From Fistulifera solaris (Eukaryota): a stretch of DNA of 64,000 nt. Below, piece by piece: positions 1-11,713 of this stretch (position 1 is its first letter; each line of letters starts with the position of its first letter). The stretch lies in assembly GCA_030295235.1 (NCBI GenBank), contig AP026134.1, positions 496,001 to 560,000 on the forward strand, given 5' to 3'. The notes beneath the pieces were generated by a model. It did no database searches and was not told the origin of the DNA. It worked only from the letters and a program-made list of their open reading frames with translations. Both the position numbers and the translations under genes were made by a program.

Positions 1-395
1 GAACTACACCACGCTGAACAGTTTGCTTTGCTTTCACTTTTGCTGCTTTCTGGCTAGCAGCTCGGGCCTTCTGAGCGGCTGCTCGCTCTTGCATTGGTCT
101 TAAAGTTTCTATTAACTCTTCTTCACGTCCCTTGAATTGATTCATCATTTCGTCTACATTGTCAATCTCTTCCGGAACGACCCGGCGAACTAGCGCTTCC
201 ACTTCAGCTCGAATTTCCGCCCGCTTGGCTATCTTGCTGGGACTATCAGATAAAGTCGACATGGAACGTGTTGCCCCAGTGTCGGTACCTGTTCCGGTCA
301 TCGAATCAGCACTCGACTCAACTGAAGCACCGACTGTGCCCTCAACGTTTCGCGATGCCTCTGTTTGGTACTTGGCCGCTGCTAGAACACCTTCC
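1..395. repeat. Direct repeat, copy 1 (copy 2 at 2117..~2514)
   Basis: Identity read directly at offset 2116. One substitution noticed (gcattggtct vs gcattgttct), plus divergence at the right end. Confidence 0.95.
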
Positions 396-1241
396 TAATA
401 ATCGGCATCCAGCCACTGCTCAAACTCAGCCTCGAAAGCGACTTCAATACTCGGAAGACGACGGTAGACAATACCAGACCAATCGCCAGCGTATATCATC
501 TTATCCAGCGCTTCCCTATTTTTTTCGGAAAGGTTTTCAATCATTATTGAAGCCCGACCAACTGCGCCCCAATCTCCGAGTTCGATTGCCAAATCCAACC
601 ATGTTCTCCATGTAGTTGGATTGTGCGCCAGTGCCATTCGTAGTGTGCTCGTGAGTTCCTCCACCACATCCGGCGGAAGAGGGCCTGGAAGACGTTCAGT
701 ACTTGTGGCTAGATAACGATACACTGCTTCCGCAGCTAATGTAGCAAGTGATTTTGGTGAAGACGTACCGTCTCCATGATCGATAAAGTTGTTTGTAACG
801 GGGAAGAGAGTTGCAAACCAGTTGTTTGGATCCTTTGAAGCATGATGCTTGTATGAGAAGCACTTTATTGTCATAACACGCCGTTTCAGCATCTTACATC
901 TTATTTCCTGAACTACATCGGCATCCTCTCCATTTTTAACTTGCTGGTGAAACAAAATTATGAGATCACTTCTGCGATGAATACGAAGCGACAGAGAGCG
1001 ATGTTATACGACTTACCGCAGGGCAACACCGCGCACTTCGTTCCATAGAATGAAAGTGATTCGTTTCGGAGTGACGAGGGCACGCGCATCCCATCTTGGA
1101 ACAATGCTGCCGCTCTTCGTTTTCTTGTTCGTCAGCAGGCCTTATTAGATTAATGAGTCTGGATTGAGTATCATAAAGTAATTGAATTTTCTTTCTTCGG
1201 TTCTTCTGTGATTTTGCTTGTTTTTTTTTGTTCTTTTGCAT
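1..1241 (-). pseudogene. Chimeric partial duplicate of the neighbouring GDW-repeat gene (runs off the window start)
   Basis: 1..~395 is near-identical to 2117..~2514. ORF 395..955 carries diverged GDW repeats (LAIELGDWGAVG, MIYAGDWSGIV) and ends at an in-frame TAG (395-397) where the parent has TGG. ORF 966..1241 may be a frameshifted 5' part. Confidence 0.6.
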
Positions 1242-1513
1242 GATGAAAGTCGAAGTCGGAAAAGATGCGTGATCTGCGCAGACTGCGCAGAGCGACGTTA
1301 CCTACGCGCGAGTGTGCAAGCAAATGTACCGGGAACAATCCGGGACTGGCTGTTCACGGATGTACTCTCTCTCCGATACAGTACCTTGTACGGTACGGTA
1401 CCTTGCCGCTACGACGAACGAACCAATGGGGAGAATCCGTAGTAAATACTACGTACTTGTACCTGGTACCGTACTTATACGATACGAGACTATTTTATTT
1501 AAAGAAAAATGTT

Positions 1514-4500
1514 TTATACTTCATCTTCTTGATCGGGAGAATGGCGCGCTGAAGGTTTCTTCTTGTCGGCCTCTTTCAGCTGTGTCAAACTTCTTTGAAT
1601 AGCCCACTCGGCAGCATCTACAGCCCCAGAATCAGTCGTCCCTTCTGCTTTTTTTCTGTTCAGCGATTTGCATCCACAGTTCAGCTTGTTGTAGTGCTTC
1701 TTCCTCTTCGTCCGTTATTTTACTTGTTGCCTCTTTCTTCGCGGGAGACCCCGAGAACACGAGGGCTTTAGACACAACACCAGACCAATCGCCAACATTT
1801 ATCATCTCATCCAGCTCTTCAGCACGCGCCCTATCTTCTCCAGAAAGTTTTTCCCTTTCTTTTGGTACATCGGAATCTATTGATCTGTTCAGAGCTGTGA
1901 AGTCTTCGCTGTTAGGACTCCCGAGAGATTGGTCACCAATCATAGCTGCAGCCCGACCAACTGCGTCCCAATCTCCGCGCTCGATTGCCAACTCAAGAGC
2001 TGATCGCTGCTCTTTCAAAGAATCTGGCGAAACAAATATGGATATATCTGAATCACCAGGAGTGCTTGGCATGGACTGAGGACTTGCTATCGTTTGTGCT
2101 GCAGGCTTAACTCCGGGAACTACACCACGCTGAACAGTTTGCTTTGCTTTCACTTTTGCTGCTTTCTGGCTAGCAGCTCGGGCCTTCTGAGCGGCTGCTC
2201 GCTCTTGCATTGTTCTTAAAGTTTCTATTAACTCTTCTTCACGTCCCTTGAATTGATTCATCATTTCGTCTACATTGTCAATCTCTTCCGGAACGACCCG
2301 GCGAACTAGCGCTTCCACTTCAGCTCGAATTTCCGCCCGCTTGGCTATCTTGCTGGGACTATCAGATAAAGTCGACATGGAACGTGTTGCCCCAGTGTCG
2401 GTACCTGTTCCGGTCATCGAATCAGCACTCGACTCAACTGAAGCACCGACTGTGCCCTCAACGTTTCGCGATGCCTCTGTTTGGTACTTGGCCGCTGCTA
2501 AAACTACACCTTCCCAATCCCCGGCATCCACCAACTGGTCTAGCTCAGCAGCGCGTGCAGCATCAATGCTTCCACTCCCCGCGGAGCATCCGTCGCTGTG
2601 CTTCTAGCCGAGCTCAGCGACTGAGAATCGGATGCAGCTGCTAAAAGAGCTGCAGTTGCACCAACAGCGGCCCAGTCGCCGGCTTCGATCAGCCTGTCCA
2701 ACTCTTCGCGAGATGCAGGTGGGATTTCTCCCCGGTATCAGGGATTTGTGAAAGTCTGGTATGACAGAATGCAGGTCAGGGTGAGTTTCAATGTTGAAAG
2801 CATACTGTGCGAAAATACCTCTATACGTACGTTGAGCTGTCCTTTTTCCTTCCCCTACGGGCCAAACCACTGGCAACTCCCAAAGCTGCTAAAGTAGCTC
2901 CCGCCGCGGCAGCTGCATCCATTGAATCGTCCGTGCTTCCCGTGTTAAGACTGGAAAGACCAGCACTACTTGACCAGCCCGAGCTTCCTGCATTTGACGA
3001 GCCCTCATCATACTGATCGGCCCCTGGCTCGGCAAGGTGATCTTCTCCTGCCTCCATCGCTTCTATGGATTTTCGTGAGTGTTTGCCGTAATCAGCCTCC
3101 GCGGCCCCAAGAGTAACAGCTGCTCCCATGTCTGCAGTAATTTGTACCGCATCATCAGTAAACAGGCTGTCATTAACGGATCCCTCGGGCTTCGCTGATG
3201 GCAACGCATCAGCACTGCCTTCTTCACCATGGTAAGCAGCATAGTCAATCTTACGGTTTTCATTGCTGTGAGGCTTCCTGCGACTAACCAAAAGCCCGAT
3301 GCCGATCAAAGCAACAACAAATGCAATCGAAACCGCAATTCCAGCACGTGCTCCAGTGGAGAGCGATTCAGAGTCAGGGGTCTCACCGCCTTCAGGTTGG
3401 ATGCCAGTCAGAATACGCACCGGCGTGTCGACTCTAATTTTCAACAATTCAGTCTGCAAGTCACCGTTTATAATGGCGTCCAGCAAATTCGATTCGTATC
3501 GAGAAACGGAATCGCTCACTTCTTCGGGGCTGCCACGTAAATCGGAAGGCATCGACAAATTAACAAGAGCAACGATGTCTTGGCACAAATCACCCTCCGC
3601 AGTTAAATCATCGGGACATTCTGAGAGCGAAAACGGTGAATAAGATGTTTACAAACGAAAAAACAACAGCTTCGACAAATGTTCTTACCGATTTCCTCTC
3701 GACTTTCAATTTCCGTCGGTACGAGTACTGACATTTCCAACTGCAAAGCGCGCAACCGGCGATCTAAGGTCTCGTCTCCAACTTGCACTGCAAGTTCATC
3801 CATTGCCCTCGTCAAATCCTCCAAGTACTGTTCTTCAAACCCTTCATTCTCAATAAGAATTTTCCCACTGGACACGGCTATAGTGTACATGACAGAAGCC
3901 ACTGAAGTAATTGTTTCAGGCGGCGTGGTTGGTTTTGGAGTTGGCGCAATAACCGCGGTTGGTACCTTCGTTGGAGCTGGACTCAGTGTGGGCATAGGTG
4001 GTAGAGTGGGCTCCGCTATAGGAGGCGAAGATGGAATAGTATCTATTTTTGTTGGAGACGCAGTTGGTGTGTCAAGAGATTCCGGCGTGGGAGAGGACGT
4101 AGGCAAAGAAGTGGGTGGGGGCGTTCCGGCTGGAGAAAACGTTGGTCTCGCTGTCGGAAAAGGCGAAGTCACAATTGAATCCGCCGCTTCGGATATCAAA
4201 GAACACACTGAATAGAGATACGCCACATCTTCCGGAGAGCCTCCCTCGCTAGTCGGAGGATCGGGTACCCGAATATGAGCGTTCGAACCGACACAACATT
4301 CAGTATCGTTAGGATCACCACCAAGCGATGCAATCTGACACAAACAGGCCAAACTTCGAAAAGTGTTGGTGAAGGCCAGTGGCAAGTCGTTGAAGGCGAC
4401 ATCCTCTGCTATTAAGCCCGGGGGTGACAGATCTCTAGCTAACGAAACGTATTCTTCTCTCGTGACACGTCCATCCCCATTTTCGTCCGAAGCAACCACG

Positions 4501-4661
4501 GCATCGTAACAGCTCTCCGAATCGACAAATTTCCCAACTTGATATACCTTGAGGAAGTGGTCCTCGTTGATTGAATAAATGTCTAAAATTGCCGCTGATA
4601 TTGTTGTGAGGTAACAAACTGCGAAAACCAGAACCACTCTGTTGATCAATAATCTGATCAT
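1514..4661 (-). CDS. Type I membrane protein: signal peptide, EF-hand-like loop, Cys-rich and Pro/Thr/Ser-rich ectodomain, one TM helix, cytosolic GDW repeats and coiled coil
   Basis: ATG 4661 (MIRLLINRVVLVFAVCYLTTISAA); DENGDGRVTREEY; TM AGIAVSIAFVVALIGIGLLV then SRRK. Introns ~3621..3688 and ~2757..2830. Apparent 1-nt frameshifts near 2725, 2590 and 1650; corrected frame ends ...DQEDEV-TAA at 1514. Confidence 0.75.
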
Positions 4662-5847
4662 CGTCTTTTTTAGCACAAAAATGAACGTGAAGCGCTTTGT
4701 TTTTCGTCTTGTCCGCTCTCTAGAGTAGCCAGACAGTCTACAACTATCCCGAAACGATCGATTTCTCACTGAGATTGCGATTTCAAGCGGAATTAATCGA
4801 TATCAAGATCAAGAAAAAATAGATGGCTGCGAGAGTAGTAACAGTCACGTTTGACTTTCGAAAATACCCAGGAATGAATGATAGTTCTACGACAAAAATG
4901 AAGCGATTCGTTCGCGGCGCGCCGAATGAGAGACTGCCACAACAGCTCAATCCGTTAGACGACTATTTCAATAAAAAGAAGCAAACAACACGTTTGTTAT
5001 CTCCGAGGGCTCCGTCACGTCGTAATGAATTTCAATCGGTTTAAGACATCTCGGTATCGTTTATTTGAAGGAGCCAAACGATGCAAAACTGCATCCAAGC
5101 GCGCGCAGGGACTTCATTCAGGTTTAAGTGTTTCCAAGTACTCACTGTAAATATTTAAGGAGCTGCCGGCGTGGAAGGACTGAGCTTAGTATAGGACTCA
5201 TTAAATCAGCATAGCGTGAGAAGAAGGAGAGTCCAAGAGACATTTTAGTGGACTTGCCAAAAATTCCGCCAAGTCAAACCTGAACGGGCAAGGCTGACCG
5301 GTACTGGGATTTCTACTATACCATTTCGGTACAAAATTTTTTTGTGCGTCCTCTCCGACATTTTTGGCGGGAATGCAGATCGGACTGCCAAAAGACTCCT
5401 CAATGCTTCGATCATCAAGAACAACATCCAACTTAAGCTCAGCTAGCCGTCAACTGTGCTGCCATGAGCAACTAGAGGGTAAAATTTTAATCAACAGCTT
5501 GTGCATTGTGCACATCATCAATCCGATCCGATGCACCACACCACAAGCACTTTTTGGAAGGATACAAAGAACCATTTTCATGAGAATAAGTCAGGAACAA
5601 CTTGCTTTGATTCTTTGGATCTAGAGTTCGTTGGGCTCAATATATGTTTTCATTCATTCTGCCAAAATATACAAAGCAAGATTACCTAGTCAGGCCTCTT
5701 CACTTGTGTTCCTCCTAAAATAGCCCGGCGATAGACCATTCTCGTTAATGAACCACCAACCCATTCATGAAAACATGAGAAACAGATGTAGGTGTTGTTC
5801 AAGCCTTACAAACTTGCAGATGTCTAGACACCCAAACTGTTCGTTTA

Positions 5848-6087
5848 CGGTTACCACGACTGCATTTCAGTCATGAATCACGATTCCGCAGCGCCAAATT
5901 AATTAATCTTGCAAAAGTGTTAAATTCCCATTGCTACCATCACGATACAACATGTATCTTCTGCATTTGCAAAGAATCTGTTGCTTTTCTGGTCGAAATT
6001 TTTTGTTGAACGCCATGCCTCCGGGACACTATAGGCAATAGGTTAAAGTGGTTTTCGGTTACCAAGACTGCATTCAGTCCTGAATCA
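5848..6087 (-). repeat. Dispersed paired-palindrome element, locus 1
   Basis: cggttaccacgactgcatttcagtcatgaatca (5848-5880) and cggttaccaagactgcattcagtcctgaatca (6056-6087). Reverse complement matches motifs at 24021/24239 and 55781/55967. Confidence 0.7.
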
Positions 6088-6236
6088 TGGGAGCCGCCGT
6101 TTGTTGCATTCCAAAAAATGGCTCATCGGCTTTTCAAAAATAGGGTCGAAGTCGACGCGAGGTTGAAGGCAGTTGTTAACGTAACGAACTAACCAATTCT
6201 GAACGAACAAACTCGTCGAAGGAAGTAAAGCCAAAA

Positions 6237-6905
6237 ATGATCAAGCTATCGATACTCCTTACGTTAATTACTGGATCGCTTTCATGGCAACAAAAATCTC
6301 GTTCACTCCATCGCCGCGACGTCATGGGCAGTATACTGTCACTTCCATTCATCGTGCCGTCGCAAGCTCATGGCGAAGACTTTCCCACTTCTGCTGGTCG
6401 TAAGGGGTGCAAGACTGTCAGCGATCCCAGCAGGACCGCTGTCACTTGCACTGGAGATGTTCTGCTGGCCATGCCCGACAACACTCGACTTTCCGGAATA
6501 TCCGCCACGGAGAACGGTGTGTCAACGTCTGCCGTGAAAAATCCCAGTCGCTTCGCCGCTCCGTGGAACTATTCTACGGAAACGGACCAAGCTAGCAAAG
6601 CATTCAGCAGTTTGCAAGCCGCTTTAATGAAAGTCGAACCAACGGTAGAGATTGATACGGTAGACACGAACTTTCGTTCTTCTGGGTACTATTATTTGCA
6701 TGCTACAGTGCGTTCGCCGGCTACAGGAACGGATGATATCGAGTTTATAATCAGGCCGGAGGATCGACTTGTCCTTTTTCGGTCGGCCAGCCGCACTTCT
6801 GTTTTTGTTTACCCATTGACACAGCCAGTGACAGATGGGTTGCGAAATAGAAAGCGGATGGAAAAGATTCGAGACGAACTGGGTTGGCAAGATTTGAGCT
6901 ATTAA
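6237..6905 (+). CDS. DUF1499-like protein, probably plastid thylakoid-lumen targeted
   Basis: Signal peptide ending SLS-W; twin-Arg RRDVMGSILSLPFIVPSQAHG; C-terminal YLHA...DDIEF...VLFRSASR...NRKRMEKIRDELGW pattern of DUF1499. Confidence 0.7.
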   Translation: MIKLSILLTLITGSLSWQQKSRSLHRRDVMGSILSLPFIVPSQAHGEDFPTSAGRKGCKTVSDPSRTAVTCTGDVLLAMPDNTRLSGISATENGVSTSAVKNPSRFAAPWNYSTETDQASKAFSSLQAALMKVEPTVEIDTVDTNFRSSGYYYLHATVRSPATGTDDIEFIIRPEDRLVLFRSASRTSVFVYPLTQPVTDGLRNRKRMEKIRDELGWQDLSY

Positions 6906-7436
6906 GTGTTTTTTATTTTTGGCAAAGCGAAAGCAACAAATGGCGGTAATTTTCTGGTTGTCCGCGTGCGAATGCGCATGTTAGCTGCCACCCTTCACAC
7001 AGCTATTTTGACGAATAACCTAGCTATACTTTTTAAATTGCGCAAGAGTTATCTTCGGCTTTCGACGGTCAAAGTCATCTAGAGACTATCAGGATCCAGC
7101 AACGGATAATCAAGAGTCGAGGCTTTCATTAAGGCTAAGTATAATTTTCCGTCCTGCCTCCTACAGAATCTCCACAGTGGAAAAGTACTTAGAAAGTTGA
7201 GAACCAATCACTCGCTGATCAGGTAAGCGTAAAATATGCCTCGAATCATCCTTTAAGTAAAGTATGTGTTATCAAAGGAATTCGTGGATGTATCCATGTT
7301 CTTCGCGCGATTGCATTTTCGGAGAGAATACGCCGAAACGATCTGAATGGATCGCTCATTTTTTTCTCCTTGTTCTGTCTCTCCCCTCAACAAAACCACA
7401 AGTTCTTTAACTTTTGACGCCCCCTTTTTGTCAACA

Positions 7437-8376
7437 ATGAAGACGTTCTACAGTTTGTTGGCCTTGCTTTTGAGCTTCGTTGTGACGGCTGCGCAACAGA
7501 TAGGCTACTTGGAAATCACCGAGGAAGATTGGAGTATTGTTCAGAATGCAGCGGATATAGTATCGGAACGCTTCGGACGTTTTGGTTCATTTGAAACTGT
7601 TTTTCGATACCGCACCAGCAGAGCTGCCTTGGTTCAGTCCGATGGTCGATGCTACGTTGCTTTCCGAGGACCGCGACGGGCTTCATTGACACTCTTTGTT
7701 CCTCGGAGAAGAAAAAGATTACTGTGTGGAAAATGAATGTTGCCTTGTTCAAAGAAAATACGAAAGAGATCTGGGAGATCTTGTGTCCAAAATACGACCC
7801 GAATTGGAAGCATGTGTGAACAATTACTGTACCGAAATGGATTGTGTCGTCATCACTGGACATGGCATTGGAGGTAGTCTCGCTGCCTTGGCGGCAATGT
7901 CGTTTAAATCATACAACCCTTTCGGAATTACGTTTGGAGAGTTGCAAAATGTGGAGACGCCGTGTCCATTGATAGATTCCGAGCGTTGGTGGCGATTCGT
8001 CAATACAGAGGAAGAGGATGGAGCTTTGGTTTACGACCGGCTTTCGGCTCGACGATACTTCAGGTTCCCCAAGGCTCTTGGTCACATTTTGTTGCTCTCT
8101 TCTGTTGACAGTACGGCAGTAGCGCACATGGGCATCGATAGAAAATGGGAGTATGAATATGACACACGTAGAGTGCGTATTCTCCCGGGTCGACGAACGA
8201 ATAGCATGACCAAATATCTAGATCGTATTTCAGCTCTAACGGCACAGTACACGACAACGCTAACGTACCCAATCGCGGTTGAGGGTTTTGATGAAGGTTC
8301 GGCCTGTAATTTTGGAGGTGAATGTGAATCGCGACTTTGCGGGGAGAGCGAAGGGAAACGAGCGTGCCTTGCATAG
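7437..8376 (+). CDS. Secreted class 3 lipase-like protein, catalytic residues altered (frameshift ~7700)
   Basis: Signal peptide MKTFYSLLALLLSFVVTAA; CYVAFRG; VVITGHGIGGSLAALAA; ITFG; RFVN; Cys-rich C-terminus. Confidence 0.75.
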
Positions 8377-8429
8377 TGTTTCTCAGCAGTTACTTTAACG
8401 ACTCATTAAATAGCAATATATTTGTCCAA

Positions 8430-9389
8430 TTAAAGTAGCGCATCTATTATTAAATCATAGGTAAAGAACGTAACGGAATGGTTAACAGCAGCACGTAACA
8501 TTTTGGGAGTTATTCCGTTCCAGAAACCGTTTATTCCTTCTCGTTTGTACAAATCTTCCGTCGTTTCCCATACATTGACAGTTTGATCACCCTCGTTGGC
8601 CTGAACGATGGACTTTACCACGTCGATAGGATAAACAGGAACCCATGAGGCACAGCCAGAGAAGGCGCCATAAAGAAGTGGCGCTAAGGCAAATTCAAAG
8701 GGGCTGAATTCTTTCAAAAGACCATACACGGCGAAGTAGATGCCGTAGGAAGGAACTTCTCTCGCCAATGTAAGACCTAGACCCCTCACCATGAGACCTT
8801 TCAAGCCATCTGTTTTCAGCACGGCTTTAATACATTGGATCTCATTGTTTTGATACAAATCTTTCCCTTGGGCTTGCATCATCACCTTTATTCGTTCAAT
8901 GGGCGCAACAAGAAACGACGTCACAAATCCAGCAAAGCACGCAGCCGCAATCAAACTTGTTGTACTTCCACCAGGAAGTGCCTCCAAGGCCATTGCATTG
9001 ACACCGAATGCAACGCTCTTGATGATTGCTTGTCCCATCATTGTGGTCTTTACACCCGGAAAGAAGCCGGCGATTCCTTCGTTTTTAAGCACATGAACAA
9101 CCACATCATAAGTCGTTGGCACCCGACGACTGTACACGGCAGCACCGTCTGTGCCTAGATTATTTTCTTCCATGGGAATCATTAATTGCGCTTTCACCTT
9201 GAGTGTATCGAGAGGGTACGATACCCCGACGCCAATGGCCCCTGCTACCGAACCAGCCACCAGTGATGCCACTCCAGTAGGAAGAGCCGAAACGGTCACG
9301 CTATGTTTTCGTTGAGAAACTTGAACATTAGGGACCCACGCATGGCTTTGGAGGAATAATAAGCTTATAAATAGGTATTTGCTCTTCAT
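8430..9389 (-). CDS. Mitochondrial-carrier-family (SLC25) transporter with signal/plastid-type presequence
   Basis: Three Px[DE]xx[KR] signatures (PLDTLK, PIERIK, PIDVVK); likely start MKSKYLFISLLFLQSHA-WVP at 9389. Confidence 0.9.
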   Translation of the reverse strand: MKSKYLFISLLFLQSHAWVPNVQVSQRKHSVTVSALPTGVASLVAGSVAGAIGVGVSYPLDTLKVKAQLMIPMEENNLGTDGAAVYSRRVPTTYDVVVHVLKNEGIAGFFPGVKTTMMGQAIIKSVAFGVNAMALEALPGGSTTSLIAAACFAGFVTSFLVAPIERIKVMMQAQGKDLYQNNEIQCIKAVLKTDGLKGLMVRGLGLTLAREVPSYGIYFAVYGLLKEFSPFEFALAPLLYGAFSGCASWVPVYPIDVVKSIVQANEGDQTVNVWETTEDLYKREGINGFWNGITPKMLRAAVNHSVTFFTYDLIIDALL

Positions 9390-9999
9390 TTGTTTGAGTT
9401 CTTCACTTTGTGATGTGAATTCTGGAAGGTGAGTTTTGTTTTGACTCACCTATAATTCTGACGCTGTCGTCAGTCGCAGAAAAAAAATGTGAAATTATGG
9501 TGGAGTGGAGAGGGAAGAGAAGGACAAAACGGAGGAAGTTTGCGTTATGTTTTGTCATTACCGGTTCTGGCTACTCACAACTATCAAAATGCCGAATAGC
9601 TTGGATTGAACTTAGCTTCAATTTTTGAGTTATCACCGCGCGAGGCGCGATTAGGCGTTTGAAATAAGACTGCAGAGAAGTGTTGTGTGGTGTGTGTTGT
9701 GATGCTTTGCCTTCGGAGGAGAAGCAAAATAACAAACAATTTCCCTCTGCAAAGCAAAAAGAACATGCAATAATTGTAGTGATCCAAGTCGTAGAAAGTT
9801 GTATCGAACACAACATGATTGACGACGAGTGGAGACGACAACTTGGACGCTTTTTATGTGAAAAGTATGTCGTAGAAGATACGCTCAACATTGTCCTGAA
9901 CTCCGATTGTTCGGGTAGAACCTTCAAGTTGCCGCTATTTAGAAAATGCCACGAAAACATTGATTCTTTCCTGTCGTCCTGAAAACAACAAGTGGGTAT

Positions 10000-11253
10000 T
10001 CAATCTAGCACCGCCACAAACCGCAGCGGGCAATAAGCATCATAATGAGTAGATCGAACCAGTTTGTCAGAACTGCGGTACTCAATAGGCGCCACATCGA
10101 CACCCCACTCCATTATCTTGAATCCAACTTCTTCGATAAGACTGTAGAGTTCATCCGCGCTTAAACGTATCAGGCTTTTCTGATGCCATTGTAGGGGTCC
10201 TACATTAACCCACATTCCTCCTTTCGGCTTCAGCAACTTGGTTATCATGGCGATGTATTCCAAAACATTTGTTGCTGTATCCAAAAAGAAGCAAGTGACC
10301 ACGGCATCGAGTTGAGATTGATTGTTGCCTAATACACTATTGAGCGATAAGAAATCAGCGACGGTGTATGACAAATGTCCTTCAAATATCTCCACGTCAT
10401 CGACATCGGGATATTGAACTCTCAAATAGCGATGACTTGAGTTAACTTCATTGGAGAATTGATCGGAACTGAATGGATGTATCATCCCCGATTGCTTTCG
10501 TTGCAAAATGGAAGCCGCCGCTGCTGCCATTCCCACGGACGACTCTAGCGCCTCTACCCACGCGTGTTTGTTTCGGGCCAACTCCCACGCTAAACGTCCC
10601 ATTCCTGCCCCTGGTACCAAGATTCGTAGACCCGGTTTGTCGATTTTACTTAAACACCAGTCGTAGAGTTGTCTTCGAATCTGTTTTCCTTCTGCTGTCC
10701 AATCTCGAACGATGTGTGCCACCACTTGATGTGGGTCATCGTACGAATGATCAACCGCACGCGATGGAAACGCATTTGTGGATATTGTTGGCTCACCATC
10801 CGGTAAAACGTATGTAGTGTCGAACGGTACAAAAAGTTGCCTTTGCAGAATATCTTGATCTTGGTCAAAGATCTTTGAAAGACGATCGATACGATTTTGC
10901 ACGCGACATGTTATTCTATCTAAGTTTGTCAATTCTTGATTGTGAAGAAGAATGTCCAATCCTTGACTGAGCGTTTGCAATAAGCGAAGATTTTGAGTCC
11001 TATATTGCTCGACACATTTGTGGAGTAAGGTCCAGTCCGGCTCTTGAAAGACAATAAAGGACACATTGTTCCATCTTGCGCTGCTGGAATAGACCCCAGT
11101 CGACGTTTTGTTGTAGAGCAGCGTGAAAACCGATAATAAGCAAATTATTGCGAAGGAAAAAGGCAGAGCGGCGACGTTGTCATGGAACGACCAAGCATGT
11201 GGCTGAGAAGCGATACTGTTTTGCGACAGCTTGGAAGAAGACGCTGTCGCCAT
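10000..11253 (-). CDS. Carnosine N-methyltransferase-like (N2227 family) SAM methyltransferase
   Basis: HIVRDWTAEG, ILVPGAGMGRLAWE, DAVVTCFFLDTATN, WVNVGPLQWH motifs; N-terminal TM segment. Confidence 0.88.
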   Translation of the reverse strand: MATASSSKLSQNSIASQPHAWSFHDNVAALPFSFAIICLLSVFTLLYNKTSTGVYSSSARWNNVSFIVFQEPDWTLLHKCVEQYRTQNLRLLQTLSQGLDILLHNQELTNLDRITCRVQNRIDRLSKIFDQDQDILQRQLFVPFDTTYVLPDGEPTISTNAFPSRAVDHSYDDPHQVVAHIVRDWTAEGKQIRRQLYDWCLSKIDKPGLRILVPGAGMGRLAWELARNKHAWVEALESSVGMAAAAASILQRKQSGMIHPFSSDQFSNEVNSSHRYLRVQYPDVDDVEIFEGHLSYTVADFLSLNSVLGNNQSQLDAVVTCFFLDTATNVLEYIAMITKLLKPKGGMWVNVGPLQWHQKSLIRLSADELYSLIEEVGFKIMEWGVDVAPIEYRSSDKLVRSTHYDAYCPLRFVAVLD

Positions 11254-11713
11254 GATTTTCCCTCAAGATTTCAACCTATTTATTAAGAAGTACGTTGATT
11301 CATGTTTTGCTGAGGTTGATCTTGTGCAGAAGTAGATGGCAATGAGACAAATATGATGTGCGTTTGTCACCTGGTATTGCGTTTGTTACTTGCTATCGAT
11401 GAGAAAGCGACGAGAGCGGAAAAGCCTTCGTCATCCCTTCTTAACCTCATCCTTCGTATACGCCAGGAACTGCCAGGTCAACGTCAGCCACGCGTGGCCA
11501 CGCAAGATCAAGTCGTTCATCCACAAACCCTGACAGTGCAAAGCAATCGGTACTGCGTTTCGTCTACACCAAAATGTATATTGCAAACAAGAATTCTGCG
11601 CTGTGGAAATCAAATTGCAAAAACTGCAACACTTTTTCCTTTATTTTTCAATTGCAACCGAATTTCATTTAGATCTGTATTCCAACACAATCTTTAGTGA
11701 TCTGGTTATTACA

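Noticed and set aside
3679..4215. Long antisense or alternate-frame ORFs (this and many similar in the track)
   Set aside because: Shadows of real genes on the other strand or frame.
5848..6087. CRISPR-like array from the palindromic direct repeats
   Set aside because: Only two degenerate copies per locus, ~200-bp spacing, no cas genes, eukaryotic context.
9571..9982. Overlapping short ORFs between the carrier and methyltransferase genes
   Set aside because: No recognisable domain; a small gene cannot be excluded but is unsupported.
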